The position numbers and the translations under genes were made by a program. Shown here in pieces: positions 40,782-51,310 of a stretch of DNA of 64,000 nt (its first letter is position 1; every line of letters starts with the position of its first letter). Below the pieces are notes generated by a model. That model was not told the origin of the DNA. It saw only the letters and a program-made list of their open reading frames with translations, and did no database searches. The stretch comes from an uncultured Gammaproteobacteria bacterium (GTDB taxonomy: Bacteria > Pseudomonadota > Gammaproteobacteria > JAURND01): NCBI GenBank assembly GCA_963714975.1, contig CAVQQD010000002.1, positions 64,001-128,000 on the forward strand, in the 5' to 3' direction.

Positions 40782-41924
40782 ATGCCCCCACTATCTCCAG
40801 CTCTCGAATTGACTCAACAGCTCATTCGGCTTCCCTCAGTAACTCCTGAAGACGCAGGTTGTCAAAATAGGCTTGCCGATTTATTAGCCAAGGCGGGTTT
40901 TACCATCGAGCATCTGCCATTTGGTGAGGTGCGAAATTTATGGGCGAAGCGCGGCACTGGTTTGCCATTGCTGGTTTTTGCGGGGCATACCGATGTGGTG
41001 CCGCCAGGCCCGCTTGACTATTGGCTTTCTCCTCCTTTTGAGCCTGCAATTCGTGATGGTTATTTATATGGTCGTGGCGCAGCCGATATGAAAGGAAATT
41101 TAGCCGCCATGGTGGTTGCTTGCTTGCAGTTTATCGAACACTATCCCAATCATCCTGGCTCAATCGCATTTTTGCTGACCAGTGATGAAGAAGGGCCTGC
41201 CGTCGATGGCACGCAAAAAGTGGTGGAATATTTGCAACAACAAGGCGAGCAATTAACTTACTGTATTGTGGGGGAGCCTTCGAGTGAAAATCGAGTGGGT
41301 GACACGATTAAAATTGGTCGACGTGGGTCGCTCAATGGGCGATTAGTGATTCATGGGCAGCAAGGTCATATTGCCTATCCCGAATTAGCCAACAATCCCA
41401 TTCATCGCAGTTTAGGGGCTTTATTAGAGTTGACGACAAAAACTTGGGACGATGATAAGGCCAATGATTTTTTTCCGCCCACCTCATTACAATTTTCTAA
41501 TTTGCATGCGGGAGTGGGGGTGGGTAATGTGATCCCGGGTGAACTTGAGGCATGGTTTAACTTTCGTTATTCTCCCGTGACCTCGGCTGAAATATTGCAG
41601 CAAGGAGTTGAAGCCATACTGACTCGGCATCACCTTGCCTATGATCTCAAGTGGCAGCATTCCGCCTTACCGTTTATCAGCCAAGCAGGTCAATTACTCG
41701 AGGCCACTCGTGTCGCTATTCGTTCGGTCGCTCAGCGGGATCCAAAACTTGCCACCAGTGGAGGTACTTCTGATGCTAGATTTATTGCCCCTACGGGGTG
41801 CGAGGTGCTTGAGTTGGGGGTGTGTAACAAGACTATTCATCAAAGCAATGAATGTGTTTTAGTCAACGATCTTGAGCAACTCACGCAAATATACTATTTG
41901 ATACTTAGGAATGTGTACCAATAA
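40782..41924 (+). CDS. dapE: Succinyl-diaminopimelate desuccinylase
   Basis: AGHTDVVP, GRGAADMKG, TSDEEG, GRRGS, SGGTSDARF. Confidence 0.97.
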   Translation: MPPLSPALELTQQLIRLPSVTPEDAGCQNRLADLLAKAGFTIEHLPFGEVRNLWAKRGTGLPLLVFAGHTDVVPPGPLDYWLSPPFEPAIRDGYLYGRGAADMKGNLAAMVVACLQFIEHYPNHPGSIAFLLTSDEEGPAVDGTQKVVEYLQQQGEQLTYCIVGEPSSENRVGDTIKIGRRGSLNGRLVIHGQQGHIAYPELANNPIHRSLGALLELTTKTWDDDKANDFFPPTSLQFSNLHAGVGVGNVIPGELEAWFNFRYSPVTSAEILQQGVEAILTRHHLAYDLKWQHSALPFISQAGQLLEATRVAIRSVAQRDPKLATSGGTSDARFIAPTGCEVLELGVCNKTIHQSNECVLVNDLEQLTQIYYLILRNVYQ

Positions 41925-41928
41925 CTTC

Positions 41929-42183
41929 TTAGCTGCTGGAAACCCACGAAGTACCCCGGTTATTGCGCTGAGTCTGTTGCTCCTGATGGTCATTCTCACA
42001 AAACTTCTGGGCGAAGAATCCTAGCAAAAAGATACCTATAGCGCTCAAAGCGATGATGGTACCTGCTGTGAAAAGTGTATCATCGTTTAAAGCCTCCCCA
42101 GTTATCATTAGACTACCGCCGATGATCAATGAGCCAATAGTCGCAACACCGAAACCAGCAAGCGCTTTGATTGAACATTGCAT
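41929..42183 (-). CDS. Small 2-TM hypothetical protein
   Basis: GGAGG RBS, two hydrophobic helices; resembles 43063..43323. Confidence 0.7.
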   Translation of the reverse strand: MQCSIKALAGFGVATIGSLIIGGSLMITGEALNDDTLFTAGTIIALSAIGIFLLGFFAQKFCENDHQEQQTQRNNRGTSWVSSS

Positions 42184-42269
42184 TTGTATACCTCCAATAG
42201 GTCATGTTATGCTAAAAACAAGAGAACTATCTCATATTTTTCCAGGAAATGCAATACTTTGGCGTAGAG

Positions 42270-43100
42270 TTAAACACGTAACAACTCATTAATACCTATT
42301 TTGCTGCGGGTTTTTTCATCAACCCGTTTTACGATGACAGCGCAGTAAAGGCTGTATTTTCCATCGGCGGCAGGCAGGTTCCCGGAAACTACCACTGAAC
42401 CGGCAGGTACCCGCCCGTAACTGATGCTATCGTTTTCCCGGTCATAGATACGGGTGCTTTGGCCAATATAGACTCCCATGGAAATAACCGCGCCTGCTTC
42501 GACAATTACGCCTTCGACTATTTCAGAACGCGCACCAATAAAGCAATTGTCTTCAATGATGGTAGGATTGGCTTGCAAGGGCTCTAAGACCCCGCCAATA
42601 CCCACACCCCCAGAAATATGCACATTTTTGCCAATTTGCGCACAAGAACCAATCGTGGCCCAGGTGTCAATCATCGTGCCGCTATCTACATAGGCGCCAA
42701 TGTTGACATAACTCGGCATGATCACCGTGCCCTGCGCTAAAAAAGCGCCTTTGCGAATACAAGCAGGAGGCACGATGCGCGCTGCTTGTTGAGCTAATTG
42801 CTCGTCAGTATAACCTAATAGCTTCAGCGGGATTTTGTCATAAAATTGAGTAAAGTGGCCGTCAATGGCCTTATTTTTTTCAATTTTAAAGTACAATAAT
42901 ATGGCTTTCTTAACCCATTGATTGACTTGCCAGATACCGTCCTGCTGTTCTGCGACGCGTATTGCGCCGGCATCTAATAATTCAATAGTTTCGTAAATTG
43001 CTGCCCGGACTTCACGACTGACATTCTCCGCATTAATGTCTTGTCGTTGTTCATAGGCTGCTTCAATAAGGGAAGGTTGCAGAGAGGTAATTTGTGTCAT
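42270..43100 (-). CDS. dapD: Tetrahydrodipicolinate N-succinyltransferase
   Basis: [10 protein letters not shown], hexapeptide repeats, [18 protein letters not shown]. Confidence 0.97.
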   Translation of the reverse strand: MTQITSLQPSLIEAAYEQRQDINAENVSREVRAAIYETIELLDAGAIRVAEQQDGIWQVNQWVKKAILLYFKIEKNKAIDGHFTQFYDKIPLKLLGYTDEQLAQQAARIVPPACIRKGAFLAQGTVIMPSYVNIGAYVDSGTMIDTWATIGSCAQIGKNVHISGGVGIGGVLEPLQANPTIIEDNCFIGARSEIVEGVIVEAGAVISMGVYIGQSTRIYDRENDSISYGRVPAGSVVVSGNLPAADGKYSLYCAVIVKRVDEKTRSKIGINELLRV

Positions 43101-43323
43101 GTGATTTTTGTGCATGTGATGACTCTTCTATGTTTTGTTTACAGCCAAGACCTAGGCTCAGTAGAAAGAGGCCTAAAGCACTAATAAGTACGCCAATTAG
43201 CAAAACGGTTTCATCGCCTCGAAAATCTTTCAAACCACCGGATAAGGAGGGCACGAGCCCGATGAGTGTTATAACACAGCCAGCTAAAAGTAATTTATTT
43301 ACATCTGAATTGGCAAATTTCAT
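43063..43323 (-). CDS. Small 2-TM hypothetical protein
   Basis: GAGG upstream; two hydrophobic helices joined by a D-D/E-T turn as in 41929..42183. Confidence 0.6.
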   Translation of the reverse strand: MKFANSDVNKLLLAGCVITLIGLVPSLSGGLKDFRGDETVLLIGVLISALGLFLLSLGLGCKQNIEESSHAQKSHDTNYLSATFPY

Positions 43324-43495
43324 AGAAGCTTCTTCCTCTACATTAAAAGTAAGTAAACTGTCTCATATTTTTCTTGGTTGCGCAATTTGTTCTCCTACAA
43401 GACGAGAAGACGGCTGGACCTGACTCACCCCTCATCCGGCCTGCGGCCACCTTCTCCCGCAAGGGGAGAAGGAATAATGACAGAGATTTATAGGC

Positions 43496-43524
43496 TTGAC
43501 GCATTTTTCAGGGATGCGTATGAT
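43496..43524 (+). promoter_or_regulatory. tRNA operon promoter
   Basis: TTGACG-17-TATGAT. Confidence 0.7.
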
Positions 43525-43544
43525 GCCAAGCTGGCCATTGGCAT

Positions 43545-43621
43545 CGGGGTATAGCGCAGTCTGGTAGCGCGCCTGCTTTGGGAGCAGGATGTCGGGGGTT
43601 CGAATCCCTCTACCCCGACCA
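43545..43621 (+). tRNA. tRNA-Pro(TGG)
   Basis: Cloverleaf, anticodon arm CCTGC-TTTGGGA-GCAGG, GTTCGAATC, CCA. Confidence 0.97.
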
Positions 43622-43638
43622 CCTTGCCTTCGCGACAC

Positions 43639-43715
<77 letters not shown>

Positions 43716-43722
43716 ATCTTAT

Positions 43723-43799
43723 GGTGGACGTAGCTCAGTTGGTAGAGCCCCGGATTGTGATTCCGGTTGTCGTGGGTTCGAGCCCCATCGTTCACCCCA
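43723..43799 (+). tRNA. tRNA-His(GTG)
   Basis: CCGGA-TTGTGAT-TCCGG, G-1 present, CCA. Confidence 0.97.
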
Positions 43800-43876
43800 G
43801 CTTTCCTTGTTTCCAGCAGATATCCTGTATATCCTAACCAGTCATTATATTTTGCTATAGAAGAGGAACTTGGATT

Positions 43877-44362
43877 GTGATTGATAAGAGTGGATTTCGG
43901 CTTGGGATAGGTATCATTTTAATCAATGATCAAAATCAAGTATTTTGGGGACGACGCATTGGCCCCAGCGATGCCTGGCAATTTCCGCAGGGAGGCGTTA
44001 ATGCCGCTGAAAATCTTGAAGCAGCCATGTTTCGAGAATTACGTGAAGAATTGGGTTTACAGCCCACTCAGGTGCAAATTCTCGGTGTCACCAAAAAATG
44101 GATTAAATATTATTTACCTCCTAAATTGCGCCGCACCCGGCCAGGGCAATATTGTCTAGGTCAACGGCAGAAATGGTTTTTGCTGCGCTTGCGTGCCCCT
44201 GATACCGCCATTTGTTTTGATCAAACCGAAAAACCTGAATTTAGTTGTTGGCGTTGGGAAGATTATTGGTATCCTATGAAGCATATTGTCGTATTTAAAA
44301 AATATGTCTACAGAAAGATATTACATGAGTTTTCTCCATTGCTAGTTCGCCAAGAGGAATAA
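43877..44362 (+). CDS. rppH: RNA pyrophosphohydrolase
   Basis: WQFPQGG, Nudix box RELREELG, GQRQKWF; upstream of ptsP. Confidence 0.95.
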   Translation: MIDKSGFRLGIGIILINDQNQVFWGRRIGPSDAWQFPQGGVNAAENLEAAMFRELREELGLQPTQVQILGVTKKWIKYYLPPKLRRTRPGQYCLGQRQKWFLLRLRAPDTAICFDQTEKPEFSCWRWEDYWYPMKHIVVFKKYVYRKILHEFSPLLVRQEE

Positions 44363-46642
44363 ATGCTAAAAACGCTACGCCGCATCGTCCAAGAAGTGAA
44401 TGCCGCCCAAGATCTACCCGAGGCGTTGGAGATCGTCGTGTCTGCAGTGAACCAAGCCATGGACACCGAGGCTTGTGGCATATTTCTAGTTGATGAAGAA
44501 CAGGGTGAAAATGTCATGGTGGCTACCCAGGGCTTAAATAAGCAACTGGTAGGGAAAGTGCGGTTAAAACTTGGCGAAGGTTTAGTGGGATTAGTGGCAG
44601 AGCGCGCCGAGCCGATTAATTTAGAAGAAGCCGCCTCTCATCCTAATTATGTGCATTATCCTGGTTTAGGCGAAGAAAAACTCAAAGCCTTCTTAGGGGT
44701 GCCGATTATCCATCAACGTCAAGTGTTGGGAGTATTGATCGTCTATCAGCGAGAAGCTCGCTGTTTTGATGAAGCAGAAGAAGCGTTTTTAGTCACTTTA
44801 TCAGCGCAATTGTCAGGAACCATTGCCCATGCCCTTGGGATTGGCGCCCTGCAGGAATTCAATAAATCTCGGGGAGAGCCAGCGAAAGCAGCAGTGTTAA
44901 ACGGGGTGGCTGGCGCCTCAGGAGTTGCCATAGGGATTGGCGTCGTAGTTTTTCCTTTAGCGGAATTATCTGCAGTTCCAGAACGTAAAATTGAGGAAGA
45001 TGAGATTGAAGCTGAAATCGCTTTATTTAATTCGGCTTTAATTTCCGCCCGCGATTCCATTCGGCGCTTGGGTGAAAATATGTCAAGTAGTGGCTTACCG
45101 GCAGAAGAACGTGCTTTGTTTGATGCTTACTTGCACATCTTAGACAGTCGCAGTTTAGTCGACGAAATAATCCAGGAGATCCGTGCTGGACACTGGGCGC
45201 AAAGTGCACTAAAACGCGTCGCAGAAAAACATATTGCCCGTTTCGAGGCCATGGATGACCCCTATTTGCAGGAGCGTGCTGCTGATTTTAAAGATCTTTG
45301 CGAACGGGTGTTGTTTTATTTACAGTCTCGGGAGTCAAAGAGTCAGTATTTTCCAGAAAAAACCATTCTAGTCGGGGAAGAAGTGACGCCGGCTGCTTTG
45401 GCTGAAGTTCCCGAAGGCCGTCTAGCGGGTGTCATTTCGGTACGTGGTTCGACGAACTCCCATGTCGCCATCTTAGCCCGCGCTCTGGGCGTTCCTACGG
45501 TGGTCGGCATTACCGGGGTGCGGATTGCGCAGTTAGAGGATGAGGAACTTATTGTCGATGGTTATTATGGCCAGGTCTATCGTTCACCCTCTCCGGTCTT
45601 GCGTCAAGAATTTCTAACCTTGATGCAAGAAGAGCGCGAGCTGGATAAAGAACTCGAAGCATTGTGCGATCTGCCCGCGCAAACTCTTGATGGCCACAGG
45701 ATTGCTTTATTCGTGAATACCGGTTTAGCACCTGATATTGGCAATGCCCTCAGTGCTGGAGCGGAAGGCATTGGTTTGTATCGTACCGAAGTGCCTTTTA
45801 TGACCCGCGATCGTTTTCCCAGTGAGGAAGAGCAGCGGGTTATTTATCGCCAATTGCTGCACACCTTTGCTCCTCGCCCGGTGATTATGCGCACCCTTGA
45901 TGTTGGGGGCGATAAAAACTTACCTTATTTTCCCGTAGTGGAAGATAATCCTTTTTTAGGGTGGCGGGGAATCCGCATTACCTTGGACCATCCAGAAATA
46001 TTATTAGTGCAGCTGAGGGCGATGTTGCAGGCGAGCGTTGGTTTAGATAATTTGCATATTATGTTTCCGATGGTGACGGTTTTGGCTGAATTAGAAGAGG
46101 CTAAGCAATTATTACGCCAGGCCTATGAAGAAACTGTGGCAGAAGGTTTTGCCGTGAAGATGCCGACGTTAGGCGTGATGGTAGAGGTTCCTTCCGCCGT
46201 TTATCAAGCCCAGGTGCTGGCGCGGCGGGTGGACTTTTTGTCAGTGGGCAGCAACGATCTGGTCCAGTACCTTTTGGCTGTGGACCGTAATAATGCCCGG
46301 GTAGCAGGTCTGTATGAGAGCTTGCATCCAGCGGTGTTACGGGCTTTAATGCAGGTGGTCGCTGGGGCGCATCGTGAAGGAAAAAAAGTTAGTATTTGTG
46401 GTGAAATGGCTGGTGATCCGGCTGGGGCTATTTTGTTGTTGGCCATGGGCTTTGATAGTTTAAGTATGAATGCCAATCGTTTGTTGCGGATCAAGTGGGT
46501 GATCCGGAAATTTACGCTGAAAGAAGTGAAGCAGCTTCTGGACGAAGTATTACAGATGGATGATGGGGTTGAAATTCGTAACCATATGGAATTAGCGTTG
46601 GAAAAAGCCGGTTTGGTGGCGTTAATTCGCGCGGGCAAGTAA
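44363..46642 (+). CDS. ptsP: PTS enzyme I-Ntr (GAF + EI)
   Basis: N-terminal GAF, NSHVAI, GLYRTE, SVGSNDL, CGEMAG. Confidence 0.97.
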   Translation: MLKTLRRIVQEVNAAQDLPEALEIVVSAVNQAMDTEACGIFLVDEEQGENVMVATQGLNKQLVGKVRLKLGEGLVGLVAERAEPINLEEAASHPNYVHYPGLGEEKLKAFLGVPIIHQRQVLGVLIVYQREARCFDEAEEAFLVTLSAQLSGTIAHALGIGALQEFNKSRGEPAKAAVLNGVAGASGVAIGIGVVVFPLAELSAVPERKIEEDEIEAEIALFNSALISARDSIRRLGENMSSSGLPAEERALFDAYLHILDSRSLVDEIIQEIRAGHWAQSALKRVAEKHIARFEAMDDPYLQERAADFKDLCERVLFYLQSRESKSQYFPEKTILVGEEVTPAALAEVPEGRLAGVISVRGSTNSHVAILARALGVPTVVGITGVRIAQLEDEELIVDGYYGQVYRSPSPVLRQEFLTLMQEERELDKELEALCDLPAQTLDGHRIALFVNTGLAPDIGNALSAGAEGIGLYRTEVPFMTRDRFPSEEEQRVIYRQLLHTFAPRPVIMRTLDVGGDKNLPYFPVVEDNPFLGWRGIRITLDHPEILLVQLRAMLQASVGLDNLHIMFPMVTVLAELEEAKQLLRQAYEETVAEGFAVKMPTLGVMVEVPSAVYQAQVLARRVDFLSVGSNDLVQYLLAVDRNNARVAGLYESLHPAVLRALMQVVAGAHREGKKVSICGEMAGDPAGAILLLAMGFDSLSMNANRLLRIKWVIRKFTLKEVKQLLDEVLQMDDGVEIRNHMELALEKAGLVALIRAGK

Positions 46643-46648
46643 AAAAAT

Positions 46649-46781
46649 TCCCTCTCCCCCGCCCGAGCTTGCGAGGGAAGGTGGGAGAGGGTTAGGGAGA
46701 GGGGGTACTCGACCTCTGCACCCCCTCTCCCTAACCCTCTCCTCCCACCTTCCCTCGCAAGCTCGGGCGGGGGAGAGAGGA
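46649..46781. repeat. ~60-bp-arm inverted repeat of CCCTCTCCC/GGGAGAGGG type
   Basis: Arms nearly perfectly complementary around a short loop. Confidence 0.85.
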
Positions 46782-46810
46782 CTTGAAAATGGGGAGCGGG
46801 AATTATTGAA

Positions 46811-47605
46811 ATGTACTTAATTTTTTTAATCTATGCTGGAATTGGAATAGCCGCAGGTATTTTGGCGGGACTGCTGGGAATTGGTGGTGGCATTATCATT
46901 ATCCCAAGTTTAGTTTATGTTTTTTCGGCGTATGCAGTAGTTCCCCATGATGCATTGATGCAATATGTGGTCGGCACCTCTTTGGCAGCGATTATTACCA
47001 CCACAGTATTTTCCCTTTATGCGCAATACCACCGGGGAACTTTGTCTTGGCCGTTGTTTTATAAATTAGTGCCTGGGATTATCGTTGGTACAGTGGCCGG
47101 GGCTTTTTTAGCTAGAATCTTAGATACCCACGTGCTGAAAATTAGTTTTGGTTTATTTATGATGTTTGTATCGTTGCAAACTTTTTTTGGTATTCAGGCC
47201 ACCAAGCATCAAGAATTACCTGGTCGCATTAATCGATCGCTTGCGTCGCTGGCTATTGGTGTAGTATCTGGTTTGTTAGGGATTAGTGGTGGGGCATTAA
47301 CTATTCCCTACTTAACTTATTATAATGTCCCCATCCGCCAGGCCATGGCGGCATCGACGTCCTGTGGCATTGTGATTAGTTTTACCGGGATGATCAGTTT
47401 TATTATTTTGGGTTGGCATCAACCTGGTGCCCCTGCTTGGAGCAGTGGCTATGTGTATTGGCCTGCGGTGTTGATTATCGCCTTATGTAGCCCGTGGTTC
47501 GTAGGCCTGGGTTCCGCCCTTTCCGGTCGCTTACCGGTCGTTGGTTTGAGAAGAATTTTTGGAATATTTATATTTTTGGTTGGCTTAGAAATGTTAGTGG
47601 AATAA
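46811..47605 (+). CDS. TauE/SafE (TSUP) family transporter
   Basis: GLLGIGGG and GLLGISGG repeats, GTSL, GYVYWP. Confidence 0.92.
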   Translation: MYLIFLIYAGIGIAAGILAGLLGIGGGIIIIPSLVYVFSAYAVVPHDALMQYVVGTSLAAIITTTVFSLYAQYHRGTLSWPLFYKLVPGIIVGTVAGAFLARILDTHVLKISFGLFMMFVSLQTFFGIQATKHQELPGRINRSLASLAIGVVSGLLGISGGALTIPYLTYYNVPIRQAMAASTSCGIVISFTGMISFIILGWHQPGAPAWSSGYVYWPAVLIIALCSPWFVGLGSALSGRLPVVGLRRIFGIFIFLVGLEMLVE

Positions 47606-47688
47606 CAATACCGCCGTCTTCCCTGCCTCCCGACGTCTTCCCTGCAGGGATCCAGGCGCAGGAAGCGGGCTTAATATTGAGGCTTGAA

Positions 47689-48198
47689 ATGACAATTTTA
47701 AAAATTTTGCAATATCCTGATCCAGATCTACAGCGCAAGGGAGTGTATGTGCAGGACGTGTCCGATCCAGTAATTCAGAAAATTATCGCTGATATGTTTG
47801 AAACTCATTACCATGCAGAGAATTGCGCGGCTTTAGCAGCCACTCAATTAGGCATTCCGAATGCGCCGCATATTACCGTGATTGATTTTTCTCAAGAAAA
47901 GAATCAGCCGCTGTGTTTAATTAATGGGGAAATCATTGCCAGAGAGGGGGAAATTCAAGAGCCAGAAGCTTGCATGTCGATCCAAGGAATCTACGAGAAA
48001 GTGATACGCTCTACGAAAATAACCGTACGCGCCCTAGACCGTCATGGCAATACTTTGGAATTTACCGCCGAGGGTTTTATGGCCAAATGCGTTCAGCATG
48101 AACTAGATCATTTAAATGGACAGCTGTTTATTGATCGACTTTCTCCACTCAAACGCAGCAGGGTAGATAAAAAATTTGAAAAAATAAATCGTCGATAA
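47689..48198 (+). CDS. def: Peptide deformylase
   Basis: ILQYPDPDL, ALAATQ, EACMS, QHELDHLNG; upstream of fmt. Confidence 0.95.
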   Translation: MTILKILQYPDPDLQRKGVYVQDVSDPVIQKIIADMFETHYHAENCAALAATQLGIPNAPHITVIDFSQEKNQPLCLINGEIIAREGEIQEPEACMSIQGIYEKVIRSTKITVRALDRHGNTLEFTAEGFMAKCVQHELDHLNGQLFIDRLSPLKRSRVDKKFEKINRR

Positions 48199-48263
48199 TT
48201 TCCTTCTCCCACAAGGGGAGAAGGGATAATGTAGCAGATGTATGAGAGGGGGTATTACATCCA

Positions 48264-49214
48264 ATGCCACTAAAAATAATTTTTGCCGGCACTTCCGAGT
48301 TTGCCGTACCTTCATTGCAGCGTTTAATAGAGTCTCCGCATTCTATTCTTGCCGTTTACACCCAACCTGATCGTCCGGCAGGCCGTGGGTTAAAGCTAAA
48401 ACCCAGCGCAGTGAAACAAGCCGCTTTGGCGCAGCAACTTCCTCTTTATCAACCTCAGAGCCTTAAAGATCCCGCCATCCAACAAGAATTACAAGCACTA
48501 CAAGCCGATCTCATGGTGGTAGTGGTCTACGGTTTGTTACTCCCCAAGGCAGTCTTAACAGCACCCCGCCTAGGGTGCATCAATGTCCATCCCTCCTTAT
48601 TGCCGCGTTGGCGAGGGGCGGCTCCGATCCAACGCGCCATTGCAGCAGGGGATCCCCAAGCTGGGATTTCTATTATGCAACTAGACGAAGGTTGGGATAC
48701 GGGGGATTTATTATTGCAAGTCACTTGCCCGATTGAACCTACCGATACCAGCCAAAGCCTGCATGATCGCTTAGCCCCGCTCAGTGCGGATATTTTGCTG
48801 CAGGCAATTGCTGGCCTCGAAACAGGCCGCATCCAGCCGACACCCCAAGCAGCAGAGGGGATAATTTATGCCGATAAAATCACGAAAGCCGAAGCTGAAA
48901 TTGACTGGCAACAACCTGCTGTAGTATTAGAACGTAAAATTCGCGCTCTGAACCCTTGGCCAGTGGCCTTTGCCCATTGGCAAGAACAAGTGTTACGGAT
49001 TTGGCAGGCCCAAAGCTTGCCAGGGAAGGACAATAGCGCCAGGCCAGGAACAGTAATAGCCACCTCTGCGGCGGGGATTGATGTTGCCACTGGCGAAGGC
49101 ATTTTGCGCCTACTCACCGTGCAGCTCCCAGGCGGCAAGCCCTTGTCCGTGGCGGATTTCCTGCGTGGGGGCATCTCCGTCGTCCCGCGGCTTGTCCGCG
49201 GGATCCAGAGATGA
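48264..49214 (+). CDS. fmt: Methionyl-tRNA formyltransferase
   Basis: [27 protein letters not shown]; C-terminus runs into a repeat. Confidence 0.97.
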   Translation: MPLKIIFAGTSEFAVPSLQRLIESPHSILAVYTQPDRPAGRGLKLKPSAVKQAALAQQLPLYQPQSLKDPAIQQELQALQADLMVVVVYGLLLPKAVLTAPRLGCINVHPSLLPRWRGAAPIQRAIAAGDPQAGISIMQLDEGWDTGDLLLQVTCPIEPTDTSQSLHDRLAPLSADILLQAIAGLETGRIQPTPQAAEGIIYADKITKAEAEIDWQQPAVVLERKIRALNPWPVAFAHWQEQVLRIWQAQSLPGKDNSARPGTVIATSAAGIDVATGEGILRLLTVQLPGGKPLSVADFLRGGISVVPRLVRGIQR

Positions 49215-49342
49215 GGGTGTTTGAGATGGCTCGTCGTCCCGGCATGGATGCCGGGATCCAGTTCACAGGGACGTGAAAGTTTCGCTTCCTGCGCCCTGAC
49301 ATCCATGCCAGGACGACAGCTTAGAAAAGACCCCCCATTTGA

Positions 49343-49375
49343 TTTAATATTTCATTAAGCTTAATACATTATTAT
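49343..49375 (+). promoter_or_regulatory. PmrA-type box plus -10
   Basis: tTTAA-ta-TT-tc-aTTAA-gc-TT-N7-TATTAT. Confidence 0.7.
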
Positions 49376-49598
49376 CATTAACTATAACTATTTTGTCGTT
49401 GCATTTTAAATTAATTTTATTGAAAGAGGATTTATTTATGTCGGAATCAGAACCAAATGAGCTAAAAAAAGCTTTATTAACCGATCAAGCAGTTGATCTC
49501 TTGCAGCAAACCGTTACCACAAATGAAAGTAAATCCGATGCAAGTCAGCGAGACCCCATAGCCCGCTATCGAGCCTTAATGGCAGAGCAAAAGATAAA

Positions 49599-51310
49599 CC
49601 TAAAAAAAGCAGTTGAACTATGAGATAATGCGACCCTTATAACAAAATTACAGGGGAAATCGCATGAAACTACCTCCGGCTCCTCTTCACCCAACGGGTG
49701 AACTGCCAGAAGACTTAAAAGAAGAAAATTTATTAGCCAAAAATGTCTCATTAGCCCTAGATACTTTTGGTGGTCGCATCTATGTGGAATGGGATCTTTA
49801 AGCTGCTGTAACTCCGCTAGGACAATTGGCATTTTTTATTGAATTTTTAAAGATTGGAAATTTATTTGACCCTTGGGTTGAAGATTGTCCATTGCAATTA
49901 GTAAGTCCCAACGCTCCTTCAAATCGTGACATTTTAGGTACGCTGTTATTAGCTGTTTTAGCAGGTCATAGTCGCTATGCTCATATCACTACATTGCGTT
50001 GTGATGGAGTAAATCCAGATTTATTGGGTATGAAAAAAATAGTGAGTGAAGATTCACTCCGGCGTGCTTTTGTAAAAATGGAAGAAGAAGCTGGAATAGT
50101 ATGGCTACAAAAACATTTAAATAAATGTTATGTGCCATTGCTGAGTGTGCCATGGATATTAGATGTTGATACCACAGTTAAAGTACTTTATGGAAAACAG
50201 GAAGGAGCTGTATTGGGTTATAATCCAACAAAACCTGGCCGCCCTTCTCATACCTATCATTCCTATTTTATCGCCAATTTACGTTTAGTACTGGATGTTG
50301 AAGTACAGCCTGGTAATCAAATGGCATCCAGTTATTCGGCGCCTGATTTATGGGAATTATTAGATCGTATTCCGCGTGCACAGTGGCCTCAATTTTTGCG
50401 AGGTGATTGTGCTTTTGGTACAGATGGTGTGATGAAAATTGCTGAAGAAAAGCAAATACCCTATTTATTTAAATTGAAATCAACGAAGAATGTAAAGCGT
50501 TTAATAGAAGAAGTAAAAATGGTTCGTCAAGATTGGTATTTTGCTGATCAGGGCTGGGAAGGGACTGATGCCTTATTGAAATTAGATGGTTGGGAAAGAT
50601 CGCGTCGAGTCATCGTGTTGAGAAAAAAAATACAAAAAAATTTAATGCTTATTTCACAACATGCAGGAACAAAACAATTAGAGATATGTTTTGGTGAGGT
50701 TGATGATAAAACCTATGTTTATGAATACGCTGTATTAGTTACTTCATTACCGGATGAAATACTGACTATTGCGCAACATTATCGCGATCGTGCGGACAGT
50801 GAAAATATATTTGATGAATTGAAAAATCAATGGGGTTGGAGCGGGTTTACAACCCAAGACATGAAGCGTTGCCGCTTTATGTCGCGCGTGGTTGCTCTTA
50901 TTTATAATTGGTGGAATATATTTGCTCGCCTGGCAGAACCTGACAAACATTTAGAAGCTATTACGAGTCGTCCCTTATTATTGCATGCTATGGCAAAACA
51001 AACTGTCCATGCAAGACAAACACACATTGTTATCAGCAGCACGCATGGAAATATTAATAAAGTTCAAATGTTATTAAGCCGCGTGGTGAAATTTTTTAAA
51101 GGATTAAAAAAAGATGCGGAGCAGTTAACACATGATCAATGTTGGTATCGAATTTTGAGCCAAGCAGTAGGAAAATATTTAAATGGAAAGTCGCTGCAGC
51201 CACCACTTGGTTTATCAGCACCCACATAAAATTGAAAAAAAGGTACTTTGTTGGAAGATATTTGATCAGAGTTTTATCGGTTAGGAAGTCCTTCAACTGC
51301 CGTTTTTAGG
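49599..51310 (+). mobile_element. IS1380-family element, 1712 bp
   Basis: IRs CCTAAAAAAAGCAGTTGAA / TTCAACTGCCGTTTTTAGG (17/19); ATAAA duplication at 49594-49598 and 51311-51315. Confidence 0.9.
49664..51229 (+). pseudogene. IS1380-type DDE transposase with in-frame TAA at 49799-49801
   Basis: ILDVDTT, LRGDCAFG, YRDRADSENIFDELK; N-terminus reads VEWDL*AAVTPLGQL. Confidence 0.8.

Noticed and set aside
47494-47688. Long N-terminal extension of def
   Set aside because: Overlaps the TauE gene and a repeat; ATG 47689 has an RBS and gives a normal N-terminus
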